DNA of 64,000 nt from Toensbergia leucococca (lineage: Eukaryota): contig JALDZS010000073.1 in the NCBI GenBank assembly GCA_022813965.1, positions 1 to 64,000 on the forward strand, written 5' to 3'. The position numbers and the translations under genes were made by a program. Below, piece after piece: positions 62,985-64,000 of the stretch; position 1 is the stretch's first letter; each line of letters starts with the position of its first letter. Under the pieces are notes generated by a model, which was not told where the DNA came from, made no database searches, and saw only the letters and a program-made list of their open reading frames with translations.

Positions 62985-64000
62985 GATGTGCAGGCGAAAG
63001 AATTGGAGCGCACTGAGGGGGATATTTGGGCGGTGCCGGATACGCCTCTGCAGAAGAGGCTTTGAGGATGTATGTGGAGGAGTTAATGGGTGCTTTACGG
63101 GATACCCTTTTGAGGTTGAGGTTTTTGGGCATTCAATCCACTTTTTTTTCCCCCTTGTGTTCTATGAGAACGGGAAGATGGGGTTAGTTGCGGCAATGGA
63201 TAGCATTAATTATTACCCCCCCCCCCTAAATGCAGTTCAACTTTCTTTGTCTGTGTCTTTTTGTGTGATGGGATGTGTTTGGTGTTGTAGATGGATGTGT
63301 GGGGGATTTTGTAACTTGATGCTGTCAGGGGTGTTGATGCCTTTTTGTGTGGGGGCTGATGAGGTGGTGGTGTCTTTAGCTGAATCCACTCAGCCAGCTT
63401 CTCAATTGATCGGTATGCTAGCTATTGAGTAGTGGACTTGTTTCGATCTTTGAAAGACCTTGGACACTGTATTGATTGGTATATGATACTAGAGTCTCTA
63501 TTTCACCATTTGAAACGTGTTTTATTAAGAAAGGACATGCTCTGTATCGAAGGAGAAAACATGATTTGTTTCATGAACCACGTTGTGATAATTTTGTTTC
63601 CGCTTCTGGGTTTGAGCCGAGTTCCAAAGACAATTTTGTGCCACCAAATATGAAAATCTGAGCCCCGCATCGATTTTCTATCCTGGTCTGGTTTTTTCCA
63701 GTATTTCAGTTTGGCCAACCTTTTGTCAACTCATCACCCCCCGTACACTGAGCACTAATGGAAAGATGCAACCCTGACTTTTTTTCAGAAAAATCAATGG
63801 CTAACCCATACCTTCCTAACCTCAACCTAACCTTGACTGAGAACATTTCAGGCAGGCAGGGTTTAGATAAGCGGAGACATATAGGCTGAGGCGTCAGCCA
63901 TGAAAAGCCTTGACGAATGGGTCAAAATTGTTTCCCTAGACTTGTTCAGTATATGATTTCTTCATGCAGGACAATTTCCGTTTTACCTAGAACCATCCCC

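Noticed and set aside
63795..63840. CTAACC-like units resembling telomeric repeats
   Set aside because: Only three or four degenerate, irregularly spaced units, not a (CCCTAA)n tract.

Overview
This is a 64 kb, gene-dense, intron-containing chromosomal segment from a filamentous ascomycete (Pezizomycotina). The evidence is GT-AG introns of about 50-70 nt with CTRAC/CTAAC branch sites and fungal-type orthologues. About 30 genes can be modelled by hand. Most are conserved housekeeping genes: UFE1, AAT2, AP-2 beta, EMC4, BBC1, RTR1, RPS17, MRP51, class II chitin synthase, VPS36, THP3, BEM1, AFG1, QTRT1 and HOS3, several in short head-to-head pairs. The most interesting part is an accessory block of about 10 kb (7.2-17.1 kb) between AAT2 and AP-2 beta. 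It encodes a UbiA-family protein with motifs of membrane-bound terpene cyclases, a 2OG-Fe(II) oxygenase, a Pth11/SAT4-type membrane protein with a premature TGA, a DHA1 MFS exporter and a trans-enoyl-reductase-like MDR. This is a candidate biosynthetic cluster with no PKS, NRPS or P450, and it carries a perfect palindrome of two Gcn4/CpcA-type sites. Other observations are a PTS2-like N-terminal extension on AAT2, an in-frame stop-free putative 255-nt intron in the chitin synthase, tandem forkhead sites upstream of that gene, a recurrent TACGGA promoter motif, and several small spliced genes missed by the ORF track. All assignments come from reading the sequence and recalling family motifs; no database search was run.
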